A stretch of DNA of 63,971 bases, filler included, from an uncultured Methanoregulaceae archaeon (GTDB taxonomy: Archaea > Halobacteriota > Methanomicrobia > Methanomicrobiales > Methanospirillaceae), in the NCBI GenBank assembly GCA_964530035.1. It is 4 parts of 4 records of this genome, joined end to end, with 100 filler letters (N's around TTAATTAATTAA, not from the genome) between each part and the next. Parts side by side here need not be neighbours in the genome. Positions count along the whole stretch, not along the records: positions 39,458 to 58,888 come from CAZGXZ010000028.1; positions 58,989 to 63,971 come from CAZGXZ010000172.1; 2 more parts are not named here. The stretch is one strand, 5' to 3'. The first letter of the stretch is position 1, and every line of letters starts with the position of its first letter. The notes below the pieces were generated by a model. That model was given only the letters and a program-made list of their open reading frames with translations, searched no databases and was not told where the DNA came from. This document shows, piece by piece, positions 47,976 to 61,085 of the stretch. A program made the position numbers and the translations under genes.

Positions 47976-48605
47976 TCAGGCCACACTTCGCGCCTTGATC
48001 TTCTTCAGACGGAACAGTTCTTCACGTTCCATCTCGTCAAGCCTCATTTTAATGAAGTCCCGTGCCTCGGTGAGCTCGGGGATGACCTTGAACTCAAGCG
48101 CGTTGACACGCCGTTTTGTACTTTCTATCTCATCGATGAGCTTTTTCATCGTAGTCTCGATCTCGGCACTCTGGATGATCGCCTCTACCAGTTCCTCGAA
48201 CGCGACAGCGGTATCATCGATGACTGAAGTCGTTCCCAGCACACCATACCCACGGTCAGAGAGGCTTTTCCGCACCTTCGACGATTCGATCTCAGGTACA
48301 ACCACACCCATGATGTTCTTTGACCGCAGGCTGATACTTGGGACCTCGGCAACGGAGAAAGCAGCCGCCTTCACGCCGATTGCTCCCTCAACGGTGTTGG
48401 CTATGGCCATTTTCTCAACCGCCTGTTCGTACTTCCGGTTCAGCTCGCCGCGGCTGTCCTTGGCCTGGGCAAGGATCTTGAAAAATTCAAGGATCAGCCC
48501 GTCACGCTTCATCTTCAGGATCTTGTAGCCACGTTCCGAGAGGGCTATCCTCTTCTTAAGTCCGATTAGTTCAGACCGGGTTGGTTTGATATCCCGAAGT
48601 GCCAT
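47976..48605 (-). CDS. atpD: A1A0 ATP synthase subunit D
   Basis: IKPTRSEL, GYKILKMKRDGL, TKRRVNALE..VIP. Confidence 0.96.
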   Translation of the reverse strand: MALRDIKPTRSELIGLKKRIALSERGYKILKMKRDGLILEFFKILAQAKDSRGELNRKYEQAVEKMAIANTVEGAIGVKAAAFSVAEVPSISLRSKNIMGVVVPEIESSKVRKSLSDRGYGVLGTTSVIDDTAVAFEELVEAIIQSAEIETTMKKLIDEIESTKRRVNALEFKVIPELTEARDFIKMRLDEMEREELFRLKKIKARSVA

Positions 48606-48611
48606 CCGTGG

Positions 48612-50003
48612 TTACCCCTGGGGAGCCCCTTGCTTTTTGAATTTCGGATGGTATTTCGCGATCAGCTCACGGTCGATACGTACCAGCTGCTCGACCGGCA
48701 GTGCCGACAACAGGTCCCAGCCAAGGTCGAGGGTGTCTTCGATGGTCCGGTCCTCGTCATACCCCTGGCGCACGAAACGGTCCTCGTACAGGTCTGCAAA
48801 CTCGAGGAACATCCGGTCACGCTCTGAAAGGGCGTCCTTTCCAACAATCGCAACAAGGCCACGAAGGTCGTTCCCTTCAGCATATGCTGCATAGATCTGG
48901 TCTGATACCTTCTTGTGGTCCTCGCGGGTATGCCCTTTACCGATCCCGAGGTTCATGAGGCGGGAGAGGGATGGCAGGACGTTGATAGGCGGATAGATAC
49001 CCTTCCGGTGGAGGTCACGGTTGACAACGATCTGACCTTCGGTGATATACCCGGTAAGATCAGGAATCGGGTGCGTGATATCATCGCCAGGCATGGTAAG
49101 GATTGGGATCTGGGTAACCGAACCCTTCTTGCCCTTGATGATACCCGCACGCTCGTATATGCACGCAAGGTCGGTGTACATGTACCCCGGATACCCACGT
49201 CGTCCCGGCACTTCTTCTCTTGCCGCACCGATCTGACGGAGCGCCTCGCAGTAATTTGTCATGTCCGTAAGGATGACCAGCACATGCATGCCGAGATCGA
49301 ATGCAAGGTATTCTGCGGTTGTAAGGGCGAGACGCGGAGTAATGATACGCTCGACGGCGGGGTCGTCGGCAAGGTTCAGGAAGACCACGGCACGTTCAAG
49401 AGCCCCGGTGCGCTCGAAGTCCTGCATGAAGGCGTTCGCTTCCTCCCGCGTGATACCCATGGCTGCGAATACCACGGCGAACGCTTCCTTGGAACCAGGC
49501 ACCTTTGCCTGGCGGGCGATCTGCAGCGCGACATTGTTGTGCGGCAGACCCGCTCCTGAGAAGATCGGCAGCTTCTGTCCCCTTACAAGAGTGTTCATCC
49601 CGTCAATGGTGGAGATCCCGGACTGGATGAAATCAGACGGTGACCCACGTGCATATGGGTTGATGGCCGCTCCTGTAATGTCCAGCCTCTTTTCCGGGAC
49701 GATTTCAGGACCACCGTCGATGGGTTTTCCACCTCCGGACAGGATCCTTCCGAGCATGTCCCTTCCCACCGGCATCTTGATCGTCTCGCCGGTGAACCGG
49801 ATCCCGGAGTCCCTGCCGATTCCTGCCGTCGTCTCAAAGACCTGGACGACCACGATCTCGTCACTGGTATCAAGGACCTGCCCTCGTTTCACCGTTCCAT
49901 CAAAGAGGACGATGTTGACGAGCTCCCCATACCCTACCGGCTCGGTCTTCTCAACGAAAACCAGCGGTCCGGCAATCTTGCTAACCGTTCTGTATTCCTT
50001 CAT
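48612..50003 (-). CDS. atpB: A1A0 ATP synthase subunit B
   Basis: [45 protein letters not shown]. Confidence 0.98.
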   Translation of the reverse strand: MKEYRTVSKIAGPLVFVEKTEPVGYGELVNIVLFDGTVKRGQVLDTSDEIVVVQVFETTAGIGRDSGIRFTGETIKMPVGRDMLGRILSGGGKPIDGGPEIVPEKRLDITGAAINPYARGSPSDFIQSGISTIDGMNTLVRGQKLPIFSGAGLPHNNVALQIARQAKVPGSKEAFAVVFAAMGITREEANAFMQDFERTGALERAVVFLNLADDPAVERIITPRLALTTAEYLAFDLGMHVLVILTDMTNYCEALRQIGAAREEVPGRRGYPGYMYTDLACIYERAGIIKGKKGSVTQIPILTMPGDDITHPIPDLTGYITEGQIVVNRDLHRKGIYPPINVLPSLSRLMNLGIGKGHTREDHKKVSDQIYAAYAEGNDLRGLVAIVGKDALSERDRMFLEFADLYEDRFVRQGYDEDRTIEDTLDLGWDLLSALPVEQLVRIDRELIAKYHPKFKKQGAPQG

Positions 50004-51760
50004 GCTCCTGCCCTCAGCGTGTTGAATTCAGCGTCCATGTCCTTGAGGATCTTGTCAAGGGCAGGCTTGTAGTCCTTGATGAACTTGATTTGAGGCATTT
50101 CTCCCTTGGACGTTATGCTCACGATCTGCAGCGGCTGGACGCCGGCGCTCTGGGCGGCATAGGCAAGATCGGCATACGTCCTGATCGCCTTCATCATGTC
50201 ATACTGTTTCGACATGTCGCAGAACGTATCGACCGCGTCATAGGCATTCTGCTGAAGGAAGATTTCGCGTATCATCCGTGCGATCTCAATGGTAATCTGC
50301 TCTGCTTCAGGCAGTGCGTCTGATCCGACAAGCTGGACGATCTCCTGGAGTTCGGCTTCCTTCTGAAGGACACCCATGGCCCATGACCGCAGCTTGTTCC
50401 ATTCTGGCGAGACTTCCTTGTCATACCAGTCGTGGAGCGTGTCAAGGTAGAGCGAGTACGAGTTCAACCAGTTGATCGCAGGGAAATGACGCCTCTGAGA
50501 GAGTTTTGCATCAAGCGCCCAGAACACCTTGACGATACGAAGTGTGTTCTGGGTAACCGGCTCGGAGAAGTCTCCACCAGGTGGCGAAACCGCACCAATG
50601 ACTGAAACAGAACCGCTTTCTCCGTTCAGGGTCTTTACCAGTCCCGCACGCTCGTAGAACTCAGAAAGACGTGCAGCAAGGTATGCCGGGTACCCTTCCT
50701 CACCGGGCATCTCCTCGAGACGGGAGGAGATTTCACGCATCGCCTCGGCCCACCGCGATGTAGAATCCGCCATGAGCGACACATCGTATCCCATGTCACG
50801 GAAATACTCCGCGATAGTAATCCCGGTATATACTGAGGCCTCACGTGCTGCCACAGGCATGTTACTCGTGTTCGCGATAAGTACTGTGCGTTCCATGAGG
50901 GGTTTGCCGGTCTTCGGGTCTTCCAGTTCCGGAAATTCTGTCAGGACCTCGGTCATCTCGTTGCCACGTTCACCACAGCCGATGTAGACCACGATCTTGG
51001 CGTCACTCCACTTTGCAAGCTGCTGCTGGGTGACCGTCTTACCGCTCCCGAAAGGACCGGGAATGGCTGCGGTCCCGCCTTTCGCAATCGGAAACAGACC
51101 GTCAAGGATACGCTGGCCTGTGATGAGCGGGATCGTCGGGTTTACTTTTTCCTTCACGGGCCGCGGTACGCGCACCGGCCACCGCTGGAGCATGGGGAGT
51201 TCAGTCCCGTCCTCGAGGGTGCAGACCGTTTCGGTGACGTTGAAGGACCCGCTTTTTATACTTTTCACCTTGCCGCCTTTCGCATTGGGGGGCACCATGA
51301 TCCTGTGTACAATACTGGTTTCCTGGACCTCCCCTATGACCTGTCCTGGGACAAGGGCGTCTCCTTCATGGACAAGCGGCTTGAACTCCCATTTCTTGGT
51401 CATATCGAGACCTGGCGCCGAAACACCCCTCTCGATGAAATCCCCCATCTTGCTGACAAGTACTGAAAGCGGACGCTGGATACCATCGTAAATCGAGGTC
51501 AGCAGTCCGGGACCAAGTTCAACCGCAAGCGACAGCCCGGTATTTTCCACGGGTTCACCCGGACGTATGCCCGAGGTGTCCTCGTATACCTGGATAATCA
51601 CCTGGTCTCCCTGGATCTTGATAACTTCACCCATCAACGCCTCATGCCCGACCTTGACCACGTCGTACATATGGGCGTCGAGGTTAACCGCGGTTACCAC
51701 TGGCCCCGCTATCCGCTTTAAAACGCCTTTTTTATCGGTTTTCTCTAGTTTCACTTCCAC
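50000..51760 (-). CDS. atpA: A1A0 ATP synthase subunit A
   Basis: [41 protein letters not shown]; no intein. Confidence 0.98.
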   Translation of the reverse strand: MEVKLEKTDKKGVLKRIAGPVVTAVNLDAHMYDVVKVGHEALMGEVIKIQGDQVIIQVYEDTSGIRPGEPVENTGLSLAVELGPGLLTSIYDGIQRPLSVLVSKMGDFIERGVSAPGLDMTKKWEFKPLVHEGDALVPGQVIGEVQETSIVHRIMVPPNAKGGKVKSIKSGSFNVTETVCTLEDGTELPMLQRWPVRVPRPVKEKVNPTIPLITGQRILDGLFPIAKGGTAAIPGPFGSGKTVTQQQLAKWSDAKIVVYIGCGERGNEMTEVLTEFPELEDPKTGKPLMERTVLIANTSNMPVAAREASVYTGITIAEYFRDMGYDVSLMADSTSRWAEAMREISSRLEEMPGEEGYPAYLAARLSEFYERAGLVKTLNGESGSVSVIGAVSPPGGDFSEPVTQNTLRIVKVFWALDAKLSQRRHFPAINWLNSYSLYLDTLHDWYDKEVSPEWNKLRSWAMGVLQKEAELQEIVQLVGSDALPEAEQITIEIARMIREIFLQQNAYDAVDTFCDMSKQYDMMKAIRTYADLAYAAQSAGVQPLQIVSITSKGEMPQIKFIKDYKPALDKILKDMDAEFNTLRAGA

Positions 51761-52053
51761 AGATCAACACCCACTGACCGTTTTATACGCTCCCGGAGTG
51801 ACATGCCGCCCTCGTCGCCTCCAATTGCGATAATGGTTGGTTTTATCGAATTTTCGAGGGTGGTCTTCAACCTGCGTGGCAGACGCTCCAGGTCAGGGTT
51901 ATTCATGACCAGGATACCTACCTCCTGGTCATCCAGCACGTGCTGGACAAGGCCGGTCAAGGCCTCATCGGACTCGGCGGCATACGTTTTCCGGATACCG
52001 GCCAGCCTGAACCCAAGGATGAACTCACTGTTGCCAATGACAGCTATCTCCAT
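51751..52053 (-). CDS. atpF: A1A0 ATP synthase subunit F
   Basis: [18 protein letters not shown]...[14 protein letters not shown]. Confidence 0.95.
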   Translation of the reverse strand: MEIAVIGNSEFILGFRLAGIRKTYAAESDEALTGLVQHVLDDQEVGILVMNNPDLERLPRRLKTTLENSIKPTIIAIGGDEGGMSLRERIKRSVGVDLWK

Positions 52054-53109
52054 TCAGATCACCAGGCATGCACGGATGCGGTCCGCTGACAGATTCGATT
52101 CCTTTCCCCGGGCAATAGCCCGGAGGTTTACAACTTCATACCGTTTCCGTTCCAGATAAACAAGGATTGGATGGACTGAGAACGGATTAATCTTTGACAT
52201 TCGTTCCATCTGCTCCAGTTGGGAACGTGTCAGCCCCACGTCGATTTCATGGCCTGAACGTGCCCCTTTCATCGCTTCAAGCGCATCCTGGACGGGTTTA
52301 ACCGTCATGCGTTTCTGGAGCGTGTCAATAAACTCGTTCTGGTCCTTGATCAGATACATCTGCTGCAGTTCATCGACTGAAAATGATCCTCCGGGGATCA
52401 TCATGGATCGAATATCTTCTATGAACTGATCGGCTCTTAACCGGAACAGGTTCCTGATGTTCGTTATGTCGATATCAAGCTGGATGAATGAAAGGAACTG
52501 GGACCCACCCTTAAGACCCGCTCTGGCGATGCCAAGGAGGCCTGCATAAAACTCTTTATAGAGCTCGTTTTCCATGTGTGAAAATGATCCTGCTTCAACG
52601 GCACGGCTTATTTCCCTGTTGACAATAGGATACAAATCCGTTCCTTTCAGTGATTCTGCGACTCGTTCCGGAGTCTCTTCCATGAGGAGCCTGTCAAGGA
52701 AGACCCGGTCGAGACTTCCTGCAGGTATAAGAACCTCCTTTATTTTTCCTGGTCTGAGCCCCTGCATCTTCCCTCTGAGAAGGGTCAGGATGTTCTGGAT
52801 GTCCCAGTGTCGCAGATAGGCCTTGATAAAAACCTTGAGGGTTCCAGGAGTAATGTCCAGGATGTTCTGATACTCCTTGGCGAGATTCCAGGACAGCGCT
52901 GTCTCGATAAGGTCAATGCCACTGAACGAGGTCCCCAGTTCATCGATTTCCTTTTTATATTCGGTTTCTTCGATGAACCGGGTAATCTCATGAATGCTCA
53001 TGTTGAGCATCCTGGCATATTCCTCGGGGGGAATCAGCTTTGCTTTCCTGACCCTCGTCCGCGTACAGACATAGATGTAAGGGGCTGGACCACTCATTGC
53101 CTGAGCCAT
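52054..53109 (-). CDS. atpC: A1A0 ATP synthase subunit C
   Basis: Y...RTRVRKAKL, WDIQNILTLLRGK, EVVNLRAIARGK. Confidence 0.94.
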   Translation of the reverse strand: MAQAMSGPAPYIYVCTRTRVRKAKLIPPEEYARMLNMSIHEITRFIEETEYKKEIDELGTSFSGIDLIETALSWNLAKEYQNILDITPGTLKVFIKAYLRHWDIQNILTLLRGKMQGLRPGKIKEVLIPAGSLDRVFLDRLLMEETPERVAESLKGTDLYPIVNREISRAVEAGSFSHMENELYKEFYAGLLGIARAGLKGGSQFLSFIQLDIDITNIRNLFRLRADQFIEDIRSMMIPGGSFSVDELQQMYLIKDQNEFIDTLQKRMTVKPVQDALEAMKGARSGHEIDVGLTRSQLEQMERMSKINPFSVHPILVYLERKRYEVVNLRAIARGKESNLSADRIRACLVI

Positions 53110-53124
53110 CTCGGGTCCACCTCC

Positions 53125-53703
53125 TCATCCAAAGAGCAAATCAGAAGCATCTTTTAGCCCGGACTCCCAAACCGAGTCAAGCAATGTCTTGAAGCTGTAA
53201 TCCAGCTGGAGCTGGCCATCATTACTTTCAACAATAACGCCACCGGGAATATCTACCGTAGTTCCGGCAGAATATCCGGCAAGACTGCTGTCTCCTGTCA
53301 AAAGGCCTTGCAATAAGGCAGAATCCCGGGAATTGCACCGGACGACACCCGAGGGGATCTCTTTTTTCGCCTTCAGGAGAAGTGTACGAATTGCATCCCT
53401 GTGGAAATCAGGAGTTAACTGAGAAAGAGAGGATAATGCACCGGTATAGACCTCATCGAGAAGTCCCTTCTGAGCATTAAGGATCTCTCTTCTGACAACA
53501 AGCTGTGCAGCTGACACTTCCTGACCCAGCATCCGGTTCACCTGTTTTTCAACTTCTTCGGATGCATTCGAACGAATTCTGTCTGCCTTCACTCGTGCCT
53601 CGGAAAGCCTGGAAGCTACCTCTACATCGGTCTGTTTCAGTACGTTTTCCGATTCTCTGCGACCTTTATCCCTGATCTCCTCGACGACTGACTCGAGTCC
53701 CAT
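53125..53703 (-). CDS. atpE: A1A0 ATP synthase subunit E
   Basis: MGLESVVEEIR coiled coil; GGVIVESNDG...DYSF...LFG. Confidence 0.93.
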   Translation of the reverse strand: MGLESVVEEIRDKGRRESENVLKQTDVEVASRLSEARVKADRIRSNASEEVEKQVNRMLGQEVSAAQLVVRREILNAQKGLLDEVYTGALSSLSQLTPDFHRDAIRTLLLKAKKEIPSGVVRCNSRDSALLQGLLTGDSSLAGYSAGTTVDIPGGVIVESNDGQLQLDYSFKTLLDSVWESGLKDASDLLFG

Positions 53704-53715
53704 GATCAGCTCCCG

Positions 53716-55929
<2,214 letters not shown>

Positions 55930-55943
<14 letters not shown>

Positions 55944-56259
55944 GCAGCTGCTCCCTGAACCGCGATACGAGGAGCCCTACTGCCTTGTCCAGGTTCCTTT
56001 TTCCCCTTTCCCGAAGTTCATCTGCCTGGCGCTTCCCTTCGGCCAGGGTGGCAGAATATTTCCGGGCAGCTTCCTCATGGGCTTCGGCTATCCGTTTCTT
56101 CTTCAGATCTTCGGCATCACTCTGCGCCTTGAGGACAAGGTTGTCAGCCTCAAGCTCGGCAGCGGAGATGCTTTGTTTCCGTTGTGCATGCGCCTTGCTT
56201 ATAGTCGAGTGATACTCTTCTTCTGCCGTTTTAATCTCTTTTAAGACTTCAATTTTCAT
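55930..56259 (-). CDS. atpH: A1A0 ATP synthase subunit H (G-like stalk)
   Basis: MKIEVLKEIKTAEEE charged coiled coil; first gene of the operon, with a GGAGGG RBS. Confidence 0.9.
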
Positions 56260-56461
56260 CCAACCCTCCGTTCACGGCAATATAATACATGGAGAAAAAT
56301 AACCTTATATTAGTTGTGAATTGGTTTCGGCCGTTCTAGGATGAACCGCCACGAGTAAAGGATACCGGGTTTGAACCCCTCGTTTTCTGTCCCGGATCAT
56401 GGCTGGTTACCAGCATCCCTCACCAGGCCCACACTCAAAAAGGCAGTCCAACCCCGGTTTA

Positions 56462-56968
56462 TCAACCAGGAGTACCCGGATGAAAGTTCCCTTGAGGGTT
56501 CAGGGAAGTCCTGAAAACAGACACCTCGATGGCATCTCGATCCACAAAAATCTCAAGTCCTCCTTCAGTACCGCGGAGGGTCATTCCTGACAACCCGTCC
56601 GACCCACAGAGGATATCCTGTTCCGGGTGTGTGCCCCGCTCTACAGCGCAGGAAACGCGTATGGCTTCTCCGGCAGAAACTACGTATTTAAGTCTTGACG
56701 ACCCCGGATGCCCTTTCGGAAGGATTATAAGGGGGGTCTGGTGACTGCGGACAAGCTCGATCAGCATGGCTGCAGCATCCAGAGAGCCCCCTTCAGGGGC
56801 AGATACGGCGACACAGTCATCAGGAGTAAGTCCGACGACGGTTTCACCATCCATGGTCTCAAGAAAGAGGGGGAACCTGGAAAGAACCTTTCCGGCAAGC
56901 AGAAATGACCTCCCAGACCGGACCAGGAGGAGGTCCCGCCTGTCAGGGAGATTATACCTCTTCCACAT
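56462..56968 (-). CDS. Hypothetical protein
   Basis: Probable start MWKRYN (56968) overlaps the upstream zinc-finger gene; globular-looking, with HPGSSRL and ERGTHPEQDILC. Confidence 0.65.
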   Translation of the reverse strand: MWKRYNLPDRRDLLLVRSGRSFLLAGKVLSRFPLFLETMDGETVVGLTPDDCVAVSAPEGGSLDAAAMLIELVRSHQTPLIILPKGHPGSSRLKYVVSAGEAIRVSCAVERGTHPEQDILCGSDGLSGMTLRGTEGGLEIFVDRDAIEVSVFRTSLNPQGNFHPGTPG

Positions 56969-57104
56969 CCTCGGACTGGCAGCTTGGGCACATCGGTTTC
57001 TTTCCGATACCCTTGAACTTCTCACCGCAGTCCCTGCACTTATAGTCTTTTCCCTTTACGCGTTCTGAATATTCAACATCCACCGGTCCGCCGACACTGC
57101 ACAT
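56952..57104 (-). CDS. 50-aa zinc-ribbon microprotein
   Basis: MCSVGGP...YKCRDCGEKF...MCPSCQSEDV; GAGG RBS and a TTTATA box upstream. Confidence 0.75.
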   Translation of the reverse strand: MCSVGGPVDVEYSERVKGKDYKCRDCGEKFKGIGKKPMCPSCQSEDVEEV

Positions 57105-57168
57105 GATGTATCCCTCATAACGAGATCCAACCGGCAAGTATAAAGGGGTGATGGTTTCGGTAGACGGT

Positions 57169-58887
57169 TTAAATCAGGACATTGAATGCGAAAAGCGCGA
57201 TAATCATAAGAATACACGAGTGTTTGACTCCCGCCCCGAGTGAGCCTTCTCCCATCTGGCCTGCGATAAGCCCGGACAGGATTGCCTGGATGAGGCAGGT
57301 GTGGTAGAGGAGCCGTCCGATCGCCATGAAGGGGAATGCGCCCAGACGGGACAGGGGGCCGATCTGGGCCTGGGTCGTGGTAAGGTTGGTCAGCATCGGG
57401 AGAAACTGGACCGAAATCACTCCGACAACGAAAATAAAGACAAAAAAGGAGAGATAAACGATTGCAGTGTAGATGAACATCTCGGACGAACGTTCCTTCC
57501 TGAGGATTTCATTCATCCTGGCATCAGAAGCGGCGATATGGAGGACCTCGGATATCGAACCCGACATCTGGCTGGCTTTTGTTATGAGCACGACCGTGCG
57601 GCCGATCAACGCCGTCCGTACACGCTGTTCAAACCTGACAAGGGCTTCACGGAAATTGGACCCCCAGTCCATATCCCGCTTGATCTTCCGGATCTCATAG
57701 CTGAGCAGGCCCAGCTGGGCGTTTACGAGGATGCTGATCGCCTGGGCAATCGTAAGGCCGACTTCATTGATCCCGGCCATCCGTTCGAGGAACTCAGGGA
57801 GCAGGCTTTCGATAGACCTTACCTTATTTCGCCAGAGTTCGTAAAAAATACCGAAGGGGATGAGGATGATCAACAGGGCGATGACGATCTGGTCATCCAC
57901 GATATCGATAAGGGTCTCGATATCAAGATACGCGGGTATCTGCACGAAGACCAGGGTGAGGTAGACAACTGCAACCGGTACGGTGATGACCAGAGTAAGC
58001 TTGTAATTATCGATGAAGCTGGCAACAGGGTGGGACACCCACTGTCGTATGTCCCGTATCCGGTCATACCTGAGCAACTGGGCGAATAAATGCTGTTCGT
58101 TGCCTGACTTTTCAATGGTAACCTCGGAGTACTCGTCGAGCATCCTTTTTTTGGAATACTTTTGATATACCTCTGCCTTTGCGCCCATCATGTCGATGAG
58201 GATAATAAAAATCAGCGACCCAATCGGCAGGAGGGCATATGTGACGACTGAAAACTGGACTACCTCCACGCCACCCATCATGCCCATCACAACCATGATG
58301 ATGATGAGAAAGAGGGGGCCGGCCACAAAAAGGGTCACATACCCTTCAGCGACAAGTCCGAGCACATTAAGAAAATTTTTCTGTTCTAGCCGCGCTTCGT
58401 CCTGGTACAGCCTGACGCGGTCCCCAAAAAACGTGGTAAGGTTTCCACCGCTTTCTATGACGGAAAGCATGTCCTGGAGAAATTCCCGAAACTTCTGCGA
58501 AGGGGTAGTCTCCATGAGGTGCCGGACGGCAGTAACAACGTCATAGCCAAAAAAGCCGGTGTCCCTGATAACCTGGCGGAACTCATATGCCACTTCCCCG
58601 TAAATCCCGGCATTTTCTGAAATTGATTCGAATATTGTAATCAGCTGGGCGCCGCCCCGGCGCATCGCATACATGTAGGCAACCGCGTTGTGAAGCGTCA
58701 GGTTGATCCGCGTGGACCTGTTCTTCGTTGCAAGTCCCGGATACCTGAGTCCGATACAATAGACTAGGAAAAAGGCCAGTCCACTGAAAAAGATACACGC
58801 AACCGACTGAATAATGACAGGGCTTGGGATCCCCGCCAGATACGGAGGCAAATCAAGTGAAAAAATGGAGAAAAAGCCGGATGTCCC
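57169..58887 (-). CDS. Type II/IV secretion F-family (FlaJ/TadC-like) pilus platform protein, 5' truncated
   Basis: Duplicated T2SSF domains (TPSQKFREFLQDMLSVIESGG; LPEFLERMAGINEVG), terminal GLIAGQMGEGSLGAGVKH; frame open to the gap. Confidence 0.9.
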   Translation of the reverse strand, partial: GTSGFFSIFSLDLPPYLAGIPSPVIIQSVACIFFSGLAFFLVYCIGLRYPGLATKNRSTRINLTLHNAVAYMYAMRRGGAQLITIFESISENAGIYGEVAYEFRQVIRDTGFFGYDVVTAVRHLMETTPSQKFREFLQDMLSVIESGGNLTTFFGDRVRLYQDEARLEQKNFLNVLGLVAEGYVTLFVAGPLFLIIIMVVMGMMGGVEVVQFSVVTYALLPIGSLIFIILIDMMGAKAEVYQKYSKKRMLDEYSEVTIEKSGNEQHLFAQLLRYDRIRDIRQWVSHPVASFIDNYKLTLVITVPVAVVYLTLVFVQIPAYLDIETLIDIVDDQIVIALLIILIPFGIFYELWRNKVRSIESLLPEFLERMAGINEVGLTIAQAISILVNAQLGLLSYEIRKIKRDMDWGSNFREALVRFEQRVRTALIGRTVVLITKASQMSGSISEVLHIAASDARMNEILRKERSSEMFIYTAIVYLSFFVFIFVVGVISVQFLPMLTNLTTTQAQIGPLSRLGAFPFMAIGRLLYHTCLIQAILSGLIAGQMGEGSLGAGVKHSCILMIIALFAFNVLI

Positions 58888-58888
58888 T

Positions 58889-58988
58889 NNNNNNNNNNNN
58901 NNNNNNNNNNNNNNNNNNNNNNNNNNNNNNNNTTAATTAATTAANNNNNNNNNNNNNNNNNNNNNNNNNNNNNNNNNNNNNNNNNNNN
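58889..58988. other. Artificial contig-joining linker
   Basis: 44 N + TTAATTAATTAA + 44 N. Confidence 0.97.
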
Positions 58989-59012
58989 GGTTACTATGGT
59001 GTATTTATACAT
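58989..59012 (-). CDS. Probable start of subunit F of the second A/V-ATPase (8 codons, truncated)
   Basis: ATG 59012 overlaps the subunit C stop and reads MYKYTIVT into the gap; the position fits the C-F-A-B-D order. Confidence 0.45.
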
Positions 59013-60063
59013 AGATCATCTCCGCCTCCATTACACTGTCTGGCAGCCCCGCCTCTCTTGACCGTGCAATGACCCGGATGTTGATGATTTCATTGAGTTT
59101 TGCCCTGAGGTACCCAATGACAACGGTAAACGAAAAGGGGTCGCCCCTGAAGACCTGAACGGTCTTTTTTATGAGGAAACGTTCAATTGCTTTCTCTATT
59201 CCGGATATCCTCCCGGCCTGGTATTCCTGGGGCGGGACATCCAGGAGAAACCGGTATGGGGACGGTTCAAGCAGGTGGATTGCTTTTGAGACATCCTTTG
59301 TCTTCAGCATCTCCAGAAGAAAGGCCTGGCTGAGGGCTTTTCCCCCGGGGATGATGACCCCTGGGGCAACCTCGGGAGAGACCGAGTCCCGGGTCATGAT
59401 CAGGACGTTTTTCAGGTTTGTTGCATCGATCTCGGTCTGGATAAGGTCGCGTATGACCCTGTCGTCCTCACGGTTCCCTGTGATCTTCTCAAGGGAGGAT
59501 GAAAAATAGTATTCGTCAAGGGCGTACTCCAGGGATTCAAGGTTGTGGTGTTCCTGGTAATCGCCCAGGTGACGGGTGAGCGGCACTGAGTACTCGATCT
59601 GCCATGTCGCCATGAGGTCGATCACTCCCCTGACATCCGGCTGTTTCAGGAGCTCAAGAAGGGTTGTTTCATCAAGCGTCCCGGCAGGGACGAGACACCC
59701 GGATATCTCTTCGGCAGGGGCCTGGATGCTTTTACCCCTCAATATGGTCTTAATGTTCTGTATATCCCATTTTTTCAGGAACAGAGTGACGTACCGCGAC
59801 TTTTTTTCCCCCCGGACGAGGCTGAAAATTTTCCTGTATGTCCTCGCCAGGTTTTTCCTGAGGGCCTGCTCCACGCAGCTGATCCCTGAAAACAGGATAC
59901 GGGCCTCGGCAATATCCTGGCTGTAGGGTGTTTTTTCTAGTTCCGAGATAATACCGTCCACCGATGTCTGGGCTATCAGCCGTTCCATCTCATGGTGGTC
60001 AAGGAGCCTGCTTGCCATCCCATGGACCCTGGCATTCACATACTCAACGTACATCAGGATCAC
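59005..60063 (-). CDS. atpC: Second A/V-type ATPase subunit C
   Basis: EYVNARVHGMASRLL, WDIQNIKTILRGK, EIDATNL, EIINIRVIAR. Confidence 0.92.
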   Translation of the reverse strand: MILMYVEYVNARVHGMASRLLDHHEMERLIAQTSVDGIISELEKTPYSQDIAEARILFSGISCVEQALRKNLARTYRKIFSLVRGEKKSRYVTLFLKKWDIQNIKTILRGKSIQAPAEEISGCLVPAGTLDETTLLELLKQPDVRGVIDLMATWQIEYSVPLTRHLGDYQEHHNLESLEYALDEYYFSSSLEKITGNREDDRVIRDLIQTEIDATNLKNVLIMTRDSVSPEVAPGVIIPGGKALSQAFLLEMLKTKDVSKAIHLLEPSPYRFLLDVPPQEYQAGRISGIEKAIERFLIKKTVQVFRGDPFSFTVVIGYLRAKLNEIINIRVIARSREAGLPDSVMEAEMIYV

Positions 60064-60640
60064 GACTCAGCAGCGTGAAGACCGCGGCTTTCATGGAGCC
60101 CCGGCCCCGTATAAAACGGTCTTCGATGGTATTCCTGACGACGAGCCTGCCATCCGGGCTTGAACCGTTCAGTCCTCCGGCAGATGTGATATCGGGGATG
60201 ACGATGCATTGTCTCCCTGTCTTTTGAAGAATTCTCCTGCACAGGTCCTCGTCCCGTGGGTCGACATGGAGTTCCGTCTCACGGTCACCCATGCCTTCGA
60301 GCACCTCTCCGAGCAGGGCTGAAAAACAGGTCTCGTATGAAGGATCAGTCCGGACTGAAGCAAGCTGGCGTTCGGCTTCTGAAAAGACCTCTTCAATGCT
60401 CTTTTCCTGCTCTCCTACCAGCTGAACACGCAACTCCTCCCGTACCTTGTAGATCTGTCTTGTCCTTTCAAGCTCGATCTGCGTCCGGGTGCCGTTGAGC
60501 AGTTGGACCCTGTAATCTTCTGCCTTTTCATGTGCAAGGTCCCACTCGCCCTTTCCCTCCTTATCGGCACGTTGCAGGATGGCCTGGATTTTTTCCCCGG
60601 CATCCTTTTCCATTGACTGGATAAGGTGGTCGTATTTCAT
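60044..60640 (-). CDS. atpE: Second A/V-type ATPase subunit E
   Basis: MKYDHLIQSME coiled coil, LHVDPRD, GGLNGSSPDGRLVVRNTIEDR. Confidence 0.88.
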   Translation of the reverse strand: MKYDHLIQSMEKDAGEKIQAILQRADKEGKGEWDLAHEKAEDYRVQLLNGTRTQIELERTRQIYKVREELRVQLVGEQEKSIEEVFSEAERQLASVRTDPSYETCFSALLGEVLEGMGDRETELHVDPRDEDLCRRILQKTGRQCIVIPDITSAGGLNGSSPDGRLVVRNTIEDRFIRGRGSMKAAVFTLLSRDPDVR

Positions 60641-60767
60641 AAACGAGATACCGCCCTCCGGCGTAATCCTTGACGTACCAACGACGCCGGCAGCGTTGGT
60701 TTGGGACGAGCGTCCCACAAGGCCTTGTTGTTTTTTCTGCAGAGGATAACCGCGGCAGACTGGAGGT

Positions 60768-60983
60768 TTACTTCACCATGATTATTATCATCGATGCCAC
60801 GACAAAGCCGAGGATGACCATGGTTTCCGGTATTGCCTCCAGAACGATGATACCCCCGGTCGATTCAGGTCTTTCTGCGATGGTTGCCGATCCTGCTGCA
60901 CCGATACGTGACTGCGCGTACCCCGTTGCTATTGCTCCGCCGGCAAATGCAATTCCTGCGCCAATTGGTATTTCCCATCCCAT
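60768..60983 (-). CDS. atpK: Second A/V-type ATPase subunit K (c)
   Basis: TGYAQSRIGAAG...IAERPE...LEAIPETMVILGFVVA. Confidence 0.92.
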   Translation of the reverse strand: MGWEIPIGAGIAFAGGAIATGYAQSRIGAAGSATIAERPESTGGIIVLEAIPETMVILGFVVASMIIIMVK

Positions 60984-61085
60984 GACAACTCACCTCTTGT
61001 CGATACAAGACACTCATGGTATAAAAGTTTTACTAAAAAGAAACGTTTTGCTGCAATATTGTGAAGGTATACTTCCCTAGGAACA

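Noticed and set aside
46798..48528. 576-aa plus-strand ORF, and similar long ORFs at 26949-28052, 29771-30532, 33826-34719, 38008-38895 and 40122-41006
   Set aside because: These are antisense or alternate-frame shadows of well-supported genes, with no recognisable motifs.
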